Below, piece by piece: positions 28,089 to 38,659 of a stretch of 64,000 nucleotides of DNA. The DNA lies in assembly GCA_965661285.1 (NCBI GenBank), contig CBFIDD010000004.1, positions 1-64,000 of the forward strand, written 5' to 3'. Both the position numbers and the translations under genes were made by a program. This DNA comes from Poseidonia sp. Its GTDB lineage: Archaea; Thermoplasmatota; Poseidoniia; Poseidoniales; Poseidoniaceae. How positions within the stretch are numbered: the first letter of the stretch is position 1; the number at the start of each line of letters is the position of its first letter. The notes beneath the pieces were generated by a model. That model saw nothing but the letters and a program-made list of their open reading frames with translations. It was not told the DNA's origin and ran no database searches.

Positions 28089-29720
28089 ATGAACATGACG
28101 TCCTTTTTCGGCACCGACGGGATTCGCGGTCAAACCTCGCTTGAAGACGTGGACGAAGCCACCGCCATCACCCGTCTTGAGGACGAGCGCACCTTGACGC
28201 CTGCGTTCATGCGATTGGTTGGCGAAGCGCTCTCCTACGCCCAACCAGCGCTGCCCGGCGAAGGTAACACCGTGGTGATTGGGTGGGACAGGCGCCCACA
28301 CAACACCGCTTTGGTCGCCGCCTTGACCCTCGGGCTCCGCCTTACGGGAAGCCGGGTCGTTCATATCGACGAGTGCGCCACGCCAACCCTCCACCATGCC
28401 GTGCTGGCGTTTGAGGCTCGCATGGGCTGCATGATCACCGCCAGCCACAACCCTGTCAGCGACTCGGGGATCAAAGTCTTCGACGCCCACGGTTACAAAT
28501 CCACTCGCCCCTTTGAGGCCGACGTCAGCCAGACCGTACGGCAGCTGGCGGAAGAAGACCGGGAAGTGGACGCCGTTGACCGAGAGCGTTTGTCCGCACC
28601 CGACGACGTTCATGCTGGCTGGGGTTTGACGGCGCACCCGGCTTGGATGAAGATTCGATGGAACGGGTTTGCCTCACGTTTTGGTCCGTGGAAACCTCAA
28701 CCAACCTCACGTCTTGCACCGGCCCTTCTGGTCGACGGTGCCAACGGCTTTGCCGCCGCGTGGCTCGTCCCGTTTCTTTCCCAGCAAGGCGTGCAGTGCC
28801 GACAGGTGGATTCACCCCAAGGCGTCCTGAATTTGAAGTGCGGTGCCGGTGATTTTTCGCCCACCCAAACCTGGACGTTTGAACAGGCTGCCACCTCCGA
28901 CCACGCTCTCATCAGCGCCCTTGAGAAGGCGGAGCCCGGCCAGTTGGTCGGTGCAGCCCTCGATGGCGATGGCGACCGCTGCCTTTTCGTTCAGGCGACC
29001 GAAGAAGGATTCGCCATCGTGGACGGGGATGCGATGGCGGCCATGCTTCTGGGTGCAGCCAAAAACGAAGCATGGCGATTTGCGGCCAGCATCGAATCCG
29101 ATGTGGCTTTGCTGGGCCACATCGCGTCCTTGAACAAGGACAACGCGTGCACGGAGACCGCCGTGGGTGACCGATGGCTTTCCTTTTCGTTACGGCCTTC
29201 TTCCGGCGGGTTGCTGCAAAGCGACACCGTACCGGCGGTCTGCGGCATTGAGGACTCTGGGCACGTCGTGCTCCCTGCACCTCACCCCCATGAGAAAGGG
29301 GCATGGAGTTTGGTCGGCGATGGTGCCGCCACCCTGTGTGCCGTACTTCTTGCCGCTGCATCGTCGGATTCGGACGGGTTTGAGCGCGGTTGGAAACAAC
29401 GGAATTCCATCAAGGAGAGTCACCGAGAGCGATGGCAAGCGGACAACCCGTTGTTTGCGCAAACAGAACAGCGGCTTCTCGAGGCGTTCGAAACGCTCGG
29501 ATTTGAGGCGCAGCGCCGACGAATTGAGGGCGAGGACCACCTCCTTCTCGTGCACGGGCACGCCGGTCACGACGTGGCCTCCTTCGGTATTCGAAACAGT
29601 GGAACGCAAGCCAAAACCAGCCTCTCCGTTCGTCTCTCTCGCAACGTTCCCGTGGAGCCGTTTGTCGACCTTCTGAACGAGATTCAAACCACCTTGACCG
29701 CAGCCTTGACCGACGCTTAA
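28089..29720 (+). CDS. glmM: Phosphohexomutase (phosphoglucosamine mutase-like)
   Basis: FFGTDGIRG, MITASHNP (phosphoserine), DGDGDR metal loop, EDSGH, RNSGT. Confidence 0.82.
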   Translation: MNMTSFFGTDGIRGQTSLEDVDEATAITRLEDERTLTPAFMRLVGEALSYAQPALPGEGNTVVIGWDRRPHNTALVAALTLGLRLTGSRVVHIDECATPTLHHAVLAFEARMGCMITASHNPVSDSGIKVFDAHGYKSTRPFEADVSQTVRQLAEEDREVDAVDRERLSAPDDVHAGWGLTAHPAWMKIRWNGFASRFGPWKPQPTSRLAPALLVDGANGFAAAWLVPFLSQQGVQCRQVDSPQGVLNLKCGAGDFSPTQTWTFEQAATSDHALISALEKAEPGQLVGAALDGDGDRCLFVQATEEGFAIVDGDAMAAMLLGAAKNEAWRFAASIESDVALLGHIASLNKDNACTETAVGDRWLSFSLRPSSGGLLQSDTVPAVCGIEDSGHVVLPAPHPHEKGAWSLVGDGAATLCAVLLAAASSDSDGFERGWKQRNSIKESHRERWQADNPLFAQTEQRLLEAFETLGFEAQRRRIEGEDHLLLVHGHAGHDVASFGIRNSGTQAKTSLSVRLSRNVPVEPFVDLLNEIQTTLTAALTDA

Positions 29721-32700
29721 TCGTCCAGCAAAGCCGCTTCGTTGGTCTGTGTCAATGTGGTCACCGCAAACAAGAGCAAAGCGGAGGCGACGAGCATCAT
29801 CAGCGCATAGGCGGCCGTGGTACCGGCCACCAGCGCAACCGCCGCCACCATCCAAGCCACGGCGAGGTCTCCCGCGCCCACGATGCGCCACGATTTCCGA
29901 CGACTGATGATGCCGCTGATCCACGCCGTGGCCGAAACGGTCAGGGCCGCAAGCGAAACCATGACCAGCGACTGGGACATCACGGCTGCAGACAGCACCA
30001 TCGCGTGCGACGCCCACAACGCCGACGAGAGCCACAAGCCTTGGTTGCGCACCACCACGCCCACCGTCCACATCAGACTCGCAAGACCGGCGGCTGCCGT
30101 GACCGAAACCGAAGTCAGCGGTGGGGAGAGCGGGGAAAGGGCCCAGGCCATCCAAGCCTGCGCCATGAACGGCGTGGCCACGACCACGGAGAGGGCGACG
30201 GCGGGTTGCTGCCAGCCAAGACTGCGACGAAGACCGAACGCCAGCGCCACCAAACTTGCGACACCGAGCGACAAGACCGTCATCCCCAACACCCACATGC
30301 TGCGACCAAACGCCGTTCGGTGATCGTCCAATCCTCGGCGCAAGCGTTCGCCTTCAACCCAATCAAAGAGGAGAACCATACCCAGCAGGGCAGCCTCGAC
30401 ACCAAACAACGGGCCTCCCCATGAACTCAGCGTGGAAGCGAACGGGTCGGTCGCGAAGGGGATGGGGGTTTGACCGCCGAGGAGAAGGGCGAAGGTCTTG
30501 TCAACGACCAGCAGGCCCAGCAGAGCTTCGAGCGCACTGGGAATTCGAAGTCCCAAATCGTTGCGTCCCATGAGGCCCATGCCGGCGAGGAGGGCGAGCG
30601 TGACGGTCAGCACGGCCATGTGCACGGCATCATCCGACAGCACCCCGGTGGTCATTCGCCCGGCAAGATGGACCAGCACCATGCCGACCATGGCGACCAT
30701 GATGGGGAGTTCAACGCCCGCAACGTCCGGCAAACGCAGCCCGATGGTGTTGGCCCGGAGGCGAGTCAAGCCGACGAGCACCACCGCGAAACCAGCACTG
30801 AACACCAGCGCCAGCAGGCCGTAAGGCGTGGCGTAAGCAAACCACATGGACCCAAGGAAGGCAACCGCCAAGAAGAGCAGAAGAACCACAGGGCGGTAGT
30901 GAATATCGCCGACCAAGAGATCGTCTTCCCCGGAGGACCCCGAACGCTTGGCCCGCTTCTTTTGTTTCTGGGAAAGGGTCAGCAATTCTGCATCGAGTTG
31001 TTTCAACGCCACGGAGGTTGAGCCATCACGGGTGGTCGAGACCAGGGAGGCCATTCGCTCTCGTTTCACAGCAAACGAGGCTTGCCGCTCCTCCTTCTTT
31101 GCGAGGGCCGTCAGCCCCGAGCGAACATCGCCTTGGAACGCCAAATACGCGCCAACCAGCACAAACATCGCGAGGGCCGTGAGCTGGACTGAATTCATCT
31201 CGACCGTTTGCCCGGCGAGCGCCATGCTGATCAGCAGTCCAATCGCGGCCACCGTCGGAGGAAGAAGAGCATCCACGGCGCGCAGCCGTTGCATGTAGAG
31301 GACCAGCGAGGCTACCCCCATGGCCGAGAGAACGTGCATGTTCAGTTCGGCTGAAATCAGCGCGTCCTGGCCAGCCAAGACCTCTGTTCGCTGCGGGCCA
31401 AGGGCGACCACGAGAAAGAGCGCCGTCATCATGCCCAAATGAACGGTGAGCAGGCGTCCGGGCAGAGCGCGATGGGCGTTGTCGTGTTCACCGCCTTCGG
31501 CCTCTTGGTGGGCGACGTTGAACGCCGCCATCACCAACAGAACACTGCCGGCCGTCAGCGCCGATGCCCACCCTGCTTCGAGCCCGTACTGCCAGGCGAT
31601 GACCAGGGCAGCGATGGACCACGCCACAACCAAGGTTTGGGGACGACCGTGATGGCGCCCGCTCCACATCATGGCGGCGTGGGTCAACAGCAAAGCGGCC
31701 ATACCGGCCAGCACCCCGAGCGCCGTCATGCCACCGGGGCGAGTGATAGCGACAAACGCGACGCAAGCGAGAACGAAGCCAAGGTTCCACAGGTTGAGGG
31801 CATCCGAGTCGCGGAGCCTTGAACTCATCTCTGAAAACCCAGAAAGACCGCCTGCTAAATTCAAGTTGGCTTCGCCCATTCTCAGGTTCACCGTGATTTG
31901 TTGAGCGACCAGCGCCAGCATCCAGACCGCCATGTCGGTCTCGTTGAGGACAATGGGGACGAGGTCGGCATTCAGCAGTCGCTGTTCAACATCGGTGGCG
32001 AACAGCAGCAGCCAGCCGTACGGTGCAAGCACGGCTACACCGGCCATGCTGGGCGAGGACCGCAGGACGGCGATGGCACCAAGACCAACCCACACCGCGC
32101 CTTGCGATGCCAGAAGCAATCGGGCGTTGTCGCCACCGTCCTCAGCAGGGATGAGCAAGGTCAGCAACACCACGATGACCAGCGCCCCCATCCAAAGGAC
32201 ATGGTCGGAAACATTGGCTTGGTGCGTAAGCAGCACGCCTCCGCACAGCAGCGACGTGATGGCGGCGAAGACGGCGTATTCTCCCAGTTCGAAGGGAAAG
32301 GCCAACGACACCACGCCGGCATTGAGCAGGGCCAATGCGGCGATGAGGAAGGGCATCGGCGCCAAAACGAACGGCATGAGTCGAGTCCACGGTACCCCTC
32401 GTACCACAAGGTAGGACGAGGTGAACGCCAGTGTGAGGAGCATCAACTGCGCCAACGCATACCCCGTCTCCGCTCGGTGGGCTGCAATGGCCATCAGGGC
32501 GCCCACCATGCCCAAGGAAACCGAAACCGCCCACAAACCGGGCTTCCCCAAACCGATGGCATGAACGGCCTGGCTGAGCCAATTCTCGTGATGAACAAAC
32601 GCGGCGGCCATGGCGGCGTTGGCGGCGGTGACCACGCTGAGCAAGAGGAAGAGGGTCAGGTCGTTTTCGATGGGCAACAGGGTCAACGAAAGGAGGCTCC

Positions 32701-33598
32701 AATCATCGGAGAGTGCGTGAACGCCCACCCAGAGGTAGGACATGGAGATGCCAAGACTGGCGAGATTGCCTGAGGACCGAAGCAGCGCGAGGCCGTGCAT
32801 GAGCGCCATGGCCATGACGATGAGAACGGCAATGCCAAGTTCCCCGTAAACGGCTCCTGCTGAGCTGCCGATGGCAAATAGCACGAGTGCGGATTGTGCG
32901 GCCACAGCGTCCTCATCATGGCGAAACGCCAGACCGACGTTGACGCCAACCAGCCCCAGCATGAGGCCGCCAAGCACCTGGCTTTCTGGAATCCCAGCAC
33001 CATCCAGCCACCCCCAACGCCATGCATCCAGCGCCAACCCGTAAAGCAATTTCATGGAGATGATGACCCACGTGATGCCCAGCAGGTGCATGTTCGGTCG
33101 TTGTATCCACCGCTCACCCAAATACAGGCCAACGCCAGCCATGACCAACAAGCCCAGACCGCCCAACACCGGCGGCAGCACCGTACCCACAAGCGCCCCG
33201 ATGGCCGTCCAAACCACAACCATGGTCAACGCAAGGCCCTTGCCAATCGTCTGCTCTGCGTGGACCGCCAGTTGTGTTGTCGCATCGGAGGTGGGTTCCG
33301 TTGAGGTCTCGAGAGTGAACAGTGCTCGAACCTCACCCACGGCGGCATCGTGAGGCTCGGGGTGTGCAGGGGCGTGGGGCACCTCTTCGGGCTGATCGCT
33401 TTGTTCAACCGGCGCCGATTCTTCCTTCGGCGAGCCGAGCATGAACGAGTCAAGATTGAGGCCTTGGGGGCGTTTGAAGTTCTGCTCTCGGAGAACATCG
33501 TCCTCCTCTTGGAGGGACTGGGTTTGCTTGTCAGCCTCCTCCTCCATGGTGGGTTCCTCGCCTTGTTTGACTTGAAGTTGACCGACACCCATTTCCAC
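29717..33598 (-). CDS. Very large polytopic membrane protein of unknown function
   Basis: 1293-aa ORF with an acidic N-terminal tail and more than 30 hydrophobic stretches. Start may be a downstream Met (MEEEADK). Confidence 0.8.
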   Translation of the reverse strand: MEMGVGQLQVKQGEEPTMEEEADKQTQSLQEEDDVLREQNFKRPQGLNLDSFMLGSPKEESAPVEQSDQPEEVPHAPAHPEPHDAAVGEVRALFTLETSTEPTSDATTQLAVHAEQTIGKGLALTMVVVWTAIGALVGTVLPPVLGGLGLLVMAGVGLYLGERWIQRPNMHLLGITWVIISMKLLYGLALDAWRWGWLDGAGIPESQVLGGLMLGLVGVNVGLAFRHDEDAVAAQSALVLFAIGSSAGAVYGELGIAVLIVMAMALMHGLALLRSSGNLASLGISMSYLWVGVHALSDDWSLLSLTLLPIENDLTLFLLLSVVTAANAAMAAAFVHHENWLSQAVHAIGLGKPGLWAVSVSLGMVGALMAIAAHRAETGYALAQLMLLTLAFTSSYLVVRGVPWTRLMPFVLAPMPFLIAALALLNAGVVSLAFPFELGEYAVFAAITSLLCGGVLLTHQANVSDHVLWMGALVIVVLLTLLIPAEDGGDNARLLLASQGAVWVGLGAIAVLRSSPSMAGVAVLAPYGWLLLFATDVEQRLLNADLVPIVLNETDMAVWMLALVAQQITVNLRMGEANLNLAGGLSGFSEMSSRLRDSDALNLWNLGFVLACVAFVAITRPGGMTALGVLAGMAALLLTHAAMMWSGRHHGRPQTLVVAWSIAALVIAWQYGLEAGWASALTAGSVLLVMAAFNVAHQEAEGGEHDNAHRALPGRLLTVHLGMMTALFLVVALGPQRTEVLAGQDALISAELNMHVLSAMGVASLVLYMQRLRAVDALLPPTVAAIGLLISMALAGQTVEMNSVQLTALAMFVLVGAYLAFQGDVRSGLTALAKKEERQASFAVKRERMASLVSTTRDGSTSVALKQLDAELLTLSQKQKKRAKRSGSSGEDDLLVGDIHYRPVVLLLFLAVAFLGSMWFAYATPYGLLALVFSAGFAVVLVGLTRLRANTIGLRLPDVAGVELPIMVAMVGMVLVHLAGRMTTGVLSDDAVHMAVLTVTLALLAGMGLMGRNDLGLRIPSALEALLGLLVVDKTFALLLGGQTPIPFATDPFASTLSSWGGPLFGVEAALLGMVLLFDWVEGERLRRGLDDHRTAFGRSMWVLGMTVLSLGVASLVALAFGLRRSLGWQQPAVALSVVVATPFMAQAWMAWALSPLSPPLTSVSVTAAAGLASLMWTVGVVVRNQGLWLSSALWASHAMVLSAAVMSQSLVMVSLAALTVSATAWISGIISRRKSWRIVGAGDLAVAWMVAAVALVAGTTAAYALMMLVASALLLFAVTTLTQTNEAALLDD

Positions 33599-33696
33599 AA
33601 ACTCCGGTTTTCACCCAAAAGAACCCTTGCCCGAACCCCTCGGGCATCTTGTGATTCAGCCAAAAGGGACAAAGAGGAGCGGCAGAAACGCTCGGC

Positions 33697-35298
33697 ATGG
33701 GCGGCATTGTCGGTACCCCCTCCGGGGACCTTGAAAACACTGGAATTTCACCGAGTGGAAGCGTGTATTGGAACCTGCCTGCAAAGGAGTTGATCGCCCT
33801 TGCGGTCGAGCGTGGTGAAGGTGTTTTGAGCGCTCACGGAGCCCTGGTCACCGAAACCGGTGAGCGAACCGGCCGTTCCCCCAACGACAAGTACATCGTC
33901 GACGAACCTTCGGTTTCCAACGATATCAACTGGGGTGAAGTCAACGTCTCAACCGACCTTGACACCTTTACCCGGATGCGAGCCAAGGTGATTGACTTCC
34001 TCTCAAAGCAAAACGCTCTCTTTGTCCAGGACCTTTACTGCGGTGCTGATTTTTCAGAAGCCCTGCCCATCCGTGTGGTCAACCACAACGCCTGGCACAA
34101 CACCTTCGCTCGAAACATGTTCATCCGCCCCGATGCTGAACAACTCGCCAAGCACGAGCCGGAATTCACCGTCCTCCACGCACCGCATTTTGAGGCCGAT
34201 GCCGAGAGCGACGGTCTGAATTCACAATGCTTCGTTATCGTCAATTACGCAGCCAAAGAGGTCATCATCGGCGGTACCCGCTACGCAGGTGAAATCAAGA
34301 AGTCCATCTTCTCAGTCATGAACCTCATTCTGCCCAAGAAGGGCATTCTCCCCATGCACTGTTCAGCCAACACCACCGGTGAAAACACGGCGATTTTCTT
34401 CGGTCTCTCCGGCACGGGGAAGACCACGCTTTCCGCCGACCCAAAGCGCGCCCTCATCGGCGACGACGAACACGGCTGGGGTGCCAACGGCGTGTTCAAC
34501 TTCGAAGGCGGTTGCTACGCCAAGCTCATCGACCTCTCGGAAGAAGACGAGCCGGCCATCTTCGCCACCACCCGCAAGCACGGTACGGTGCTCGAAAACA
34601 TCGTGCTCGACAGCGAGGGTGTGCCCGATTTCCACGACACGTCAAAGACGCAAAACACACGCGGCTCCTACCCCATTGAGTTCATCGACAACCGCACCGC
34701 CGATTCCAAAGGCGGCCACCCGCAGAACGTCATCTTCCTGACCTGCGACGCCTTCGGTGTTCTTCCACCCATTTCCCGCCTGACACCCTCACAGGCTGCC
34801 TACCACTTCATCTCTGGCTACACCGCCAAGGTCGCCGGCACCGAAGTTGGCGTGAAAGAACCCCAAGCGACCTTCTCGGCCTGCTTTGGTGAACCGTTCA
34901 TGCCCATGCATCCCGGCGTGTACGCCGACCTGCTCTCTGAGAAGATGGACCAACACGGTTCAACGGCTTGGCTCATCAACACCGGTTGGTCCGGTGGCGC
35001 CTACGGCGAAGGCAATCGAATGAAGATCAAATACACCCGAGCCATGCTCAACGCTGCCCTTGACGGCGACTTGGACGGTGTTGATTTCATCACCGACCAG
35101 CGCTTTGGCTTCGAGGTCCCCACATCCTGCCCGGGCGTGCCTGCTGAGGTGCTCCAGCCCAAGTCGACATGGTCGGACGGCGAGGCCTACGACGCCACCG
35201 CCGACAAGTTGGCCTCGATGTTCAACGAGAACTTCAAGCGCTACGAAGCCGGTGTTTCCGCAGAGGTTAACGCTGCTGCGCCTGCCCCGTTGGCGTGA
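33697..35298 (+). CDS. pckA: Phosphoenolpyruvate carboxykinase (ATP)
   Basis: TGRSPNDK, YAGEIKKSIF, MHCSAN, GLSGTGKTTLS, IGDDEHGW, NFEGGCYAK, HFISGYT. Confidence 0.97.
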   Translation: MGGIVGTPSGDLENTGISPSGSVYWNLPAKELIALAVERGEGVLSAHGALVTETGERTGRSPNDKYIVDEPSVSNDINWGEVNVSTDLDTFTRMRAKVIDFLSKQNALFVQDLYCGADFSEALPIRVVNHNAWHNTFARNMFIRPDAEQLAKHEPEFTVLHAPHFEADAESDGLNSQCFVIVNYAAKEVIIGGTRYAGEIKKSIFSVMNLILPKKGILPMHCSANTTGENTAIFFGLSGTGKTTLSADPKRALIGDDEHGWGANGVFNFEGGCYAKLIDLSEEDEPAIFATTRKHGTVLENIVLDSEGVPDFHDTSKTQNTRGSYPIEFIDNRTADSKGGHPQNVIFLTCDAFGVLPPISRLTPSQAAYHFISGYTAKVAGTEVGVKEPQATFSACFGEPFMPMHPGVYADLLSEKMDQHGSTAWLINTGWSGGAYGEGNRMKIKYTRAMLNAALDGDLDGVDFITDQRFGFEVPTSCPGVPAEVLQPKSTWSDGEAYDATADKLASMFNENFKRYEAGVSAEVNAAAPAPLA

Positions 35299-36769
35299 GG
35301 CCGTCCAAGAGGCGACGAAGCACCGGGATGTTGGTTCGGTCGCTGTCGTCAAGGGCGAGTTCTGCTTGAACCATGGACGTGTTCAGCGCCTCATGCCGCT
35401 CATCGTCTCCCGCTATGACCGCGCATTCCATCGCTTCGTCAAAGAGTTCAATCGCGAGTTCCGGTCGGTCGATGGCCAAGAGGGCTTTTCCCGTACGCTC
35501 CAGCATGTTCGAGCCTTCAGTGGGGTTCTCAAGCAATCGTGAAGAGGCTTTGGTGACCCACGAGGCCGCCGTGTCAGCGTCTCCCGTGAGGGACGCCGCA
35601 ATAGCGGACAACACCATGGGTGGAACCGCATGAGATGCCTCCGTTGTCGGTTGATTGGCGGCCGTGGTGAAGAGGTCCAACGCCTTTGGTTCATCCCCGC
35701 CTTGCAGCGCAAGCATACCCAACCTTCGCATGGCTTTGCATTCTGAACCAACATCATCGACCAGCGTCGCCAGATGAAGCGCGCGAGCAAGATGGCGCCG
35801 CGCGTGTTGATATTGGCCGGCCATGCGCGCCATGAGTCCAAGCGCTGATTCCGTTCGCAGGAAACTCCCTGCCATGGCGCGATGGGCTATTTCCGCTTGC
35901 TCCTCGCCCAGAGGGGCCAGTCCCATACCGACCTCTTCCATGACATCGGTCAGCAAGGCCGATGTGGCCTCGATGGCCTCCGGAAGCCGGTCATCTGCCG
36001 CTGTTCTCAAGGTCGAAAGATGGACGTCCAACTTTGAAACAGGAGCACAGATTTCTGCGAGTTCACCTAGGGTCTCCAATCGCTTGGGCTTAATCTTGTA
36101 GCCCCGAATCACCCGGGTGAGGTCGGCGATTCGACGGCGTTCAAGACGTTCTGCGTCTTCTTCATCGTCGTCGAGCGCATGGCTCGATGCGAGCAAAGAG
36201 TCCACCATCCAGGTTAATTTTCGCTGGACGTCGTATTCGCTGCGTCGACTGATAGCGTACTTCATCTCCGCCGCGCGAACCTGGCGAGAGAGGCTTCGGA
36301 ACCTGGCATCTCGGCCAGCATCGGGTGCCTCTGCAACCAATCGCTGGAGGAACGTGGAAGGCGGGCAGGTCTCGAAGCGCAATCCTGTGCGCTCAGCCGT
36401 GGTGGTCATCTTGAAATCGTCCGAAACCAGAACGATGTCGCTGCTTTCTGCGCCCAAGCTGTCGGCGAGCACCATCAAGGACAAATCCACATCTTGCGGG
36501 GCTGCCGATTCTCCGATCCGTTGGGCCAGCGCGCGCACATCATGCTCGTCCACGGGGATGGAGTGGAGCATGGCGTCAAGCGCTTTGAGCAAATTTGGAC
36601 GGCCTTCGCAGCGACGCAGGGCGACCGTTGCCACCTCGTTTTCCACGCCCGGCGTGATGAGCAATTTTCGCCCCCGGAGCACGGCGTTGAGGTCTTCAAC
36701 AAATCCATCTTCGGCTTTCTGACCGAGGTGGATAAAACAGTTTGAATCGACCACCCAAACAGAACCCAT
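35267..36769 (-). CDS. PIN-domain protein with C-terminal TPR-like region
   Basis: VVDSN, TPGVENEV, DVDLSL..LA and LVSDDF give the PIN acidic residues; Ala/Leu-rich helical repeats follow. Confidence 0.75.
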   Translation of the reverse strand: MGSVWVVDSNCFIHLGQKAEDGFVEDLNAVLRGRKLLITPGVENEVATVALRRCEGRPNLLKALDAMLHSIPVDEHDVRALAQRIGESAAPQDVDLSLMVLADSLGAESSDIVLVSDDFKMTTTAERTGLRFETCPPSTFLQRLVAEAPDAGRDARFRSLSRQVRAAEMKYAISRRSEYDVQRKLTWMVDSLLASSHALDDDEEDAERLERRRIADLTRVIRGYKIKPKRLETLGELAEICAPVSKLDVHLSTLRTAADDRLPEAIEATSALLTDVMEEVGMGLAPLGEEQAEIAHRAMAGSFLRTESALGLMARMAGQYQHARRHLARALHLATLVDDVGSECKAMRRLGMLALQGGDEPKALDLFTTAANQPTTEASHAVPPMVLSAIAASLTGDADTAASWVTKASSRLLENPTEGSNMLERTGKALLAIDRPELAIELFDEAMECAVIAGDDERHEALNTSMVQAELALDDSDRTNIPVLRRLLDGLTPTGQAQQR

Positions 36770-36813
36770 GGTCCCAGTGTGGCGCTCTCAAATCATGATG
36801 TTTGCGCCAACGC

Positions 36814-38298
36814 TCATCGGTCGTCTCGGCGGGGTTGGCGACGATTCGAGCGGTTTGAGGAGCGGCGATTGGACGCATTTGATCGGCCCTGCTGCTTTCC
36901 GCGGCGACCTCCAGGTGGTTGAGGTGGACGGCCGGATGAAGGGCGATTCGGCTGGTCGCTTCGTTGACCTCGTTGGGGCCGATTGTTCTGCTGGCGGCCT
37001 TGTCCGGAGGATCGGTTGTTGCGTTGTTGTTGCTCATTTCGCTTCTCCCCCCCTCGGTTGTAGCGACGCATGTTTCGGCCTCGACCCGTTCCTCGCTTTG
37101 AGCGCCCACCCACAGGTGAGCCCTTGACGCGCCCGGGTTTCTGTCCGGGTTTGGGCCGGGCTTTCTCAAAGTGATAGGGTTGGTCTTCCAGCACCTCAAT
37201 GTCGTGGCCCAAAAGACGCTGAATGCCGACGAGGTAGCCGGATTCTGTTTCGTCGCAGAAGGCGTAAGCAAGGCCTTCTCTCCCTGCACGGGCCGTTCGA
37301 CCGATGCGGTGAATGTAGACCTCGGGTTCGTTGGGCAAGTCGAAATTGAACACGTGGGTGATGTCCTCGACGTCAATACCACGACTGGCGATATCGGTGG
37401 CCACCAACACAAACACCTCGCCGTCCTTGAACCGCTTCAGCGCTCGCGTACGTGCCGTCTGGCTTTTGTCCCCGTGAATGGAATCCGCAGGAATGCCCAC
37501 CTTGTCCAGTTGTTTCGCAAGTCGGTTGGCGCCGTGTTTGGTGCGCGTGAACACGATGCCGCACGAGACCATTTGACCTTCCAGCAAATCGATGAGGAGC
37601 TCGCGCTTGTCCTGCTTGCGAACGAAGGAAACATACTGCTCAATGCGGTCGGTCGTCGGCGCTTCGGGGCTGATGTCAACGCTGACGGGTTGATAGAGCA
37701 TCTCGTTCGCAAGCGTTCCGATGGCTTTGGGCATCGTTGCGCTGAACATCAAGTTCTGACGGCGCTTTGGCATCAAACGAAGAATGCGTTCGACATCTTT
37801 GCTGAATCCCATGTCGAGCATGCGGTCCGCTTCGTCAAGCACGAAATGTTGGATCTCGCTCAAATCGACGTGGCCTTGGTTGTGCAGGTCAAGAAGTCGG
37901 CCGGGTGTTGCGACCAAGATGTCGACGCCGCGTCGCAGCGCCTTCACCTGCGGCGATTGCCCGACGCCGCCGAAGATGACGGTGGAGTACAACGGAAGAT
38001 GCCGTCCATAGACACGCAGGCGCTCCCCGATTTGTGCCGCTAATTCCCGAGTAGGGGTCAGCATGAGCGCACGAATGGGCCGGCCACGACCGGGTTTCTC
38101 TGCCCCGAGGTGGTGGAGGATGGGGAGCGAAAACGCCGCCGTTTTGCCCGTGCCTGTCTGGGCGATGCCCATCACGTCTCGGCCGTCCATGAGCGCCGGG
38201 ATGGTCTGCTCCTGAACGGGCGTAGGCGTTTGGTAGCCTTCGGCTTCAAGAGCCTCGAGTATGCGTTCGTCAAGGTTGAGTTCGGTGAAGGTTGTCAT
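36814..38298 (-). CDS. DEAD-box RNA helicase, RhlE-like
   Basis: Q motif, AQTGTGKT, PTRELA, TPGRL, DEAD, SAT, HRIGRTAR; R/G/Q/N-rich C-terminal tail. Confidence 0.96.
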   Translation of the reverse strand: MTTFTELNLDERILEALEAEGYQTPTPVQEQTIPALMDGRDVMGIAQTGTGKTAAFSLPILHHLGAEKPGRGRPIRALMLTPTRELAAQIGERLRVYGRHLPLYSTVIFGGVGQSPQVKALRRGVDILVATPGRLLDLHNQGHVDLSEIQHFVLDEADRMLDMGFSKDVERILRLMPKRRQNLMFSATMPKAIGTLANEMLYQPVSVDISPEAPTTDRIEQYVSFVRKQDKRELLIDLLEGQMVSCGIVFTRTKHGANRLAKQLDKVGIPADSIHGDKSQTARTRALKRFKDGEVFVLVATDIASRGIDVEDITHVFNFDLPNEPEVYIHRIGRTARAGREGLAYAFCDETESGYLVGIQRLLGHDIEVLEDQPYHFEKARPKPGQKPGRVKGSPVGGRSKRGTGRGRNMRRYNRGGEKRNEQQQRNNRSSGQGRQQNNRPQRGQRSDQPNRPSSGRPPQPPGGRRGKQQGRSNASNRRSSNRSNRRQPRRDDR

Positions 38299-38659
38299 GT
38301 CAATGCCTCAAGGACGAACACCCCGGGACCAATGCCTTCGGACCAACCGTTCCGGTTCGTCGTCCAACCCATTCCCTATGAAGACCGAGGGTGCCTCCCC
38401 CGTCCACGCCAGCGTTCAAGCCAATTTTGGGAGTGGCGGGCCGCGGTATTGATGAGAAGTGCGTCGTTTTCCAACCATGAAGCGCTCCTCTGGATGTGAT
38501 GAAAAGCGCGTTTGCCTACTCGGGTCGCTGGATGGCAGAACACGGTGATTCCATTGGTGAACGCTACCAAAACGACTGCCAAGAACAACAGTATACGGCG
38601 TTGCGAGAAAAAATGATGATGTAAGCAACCTTTTTGAGAGTGGGCAAATACCTCCTATC

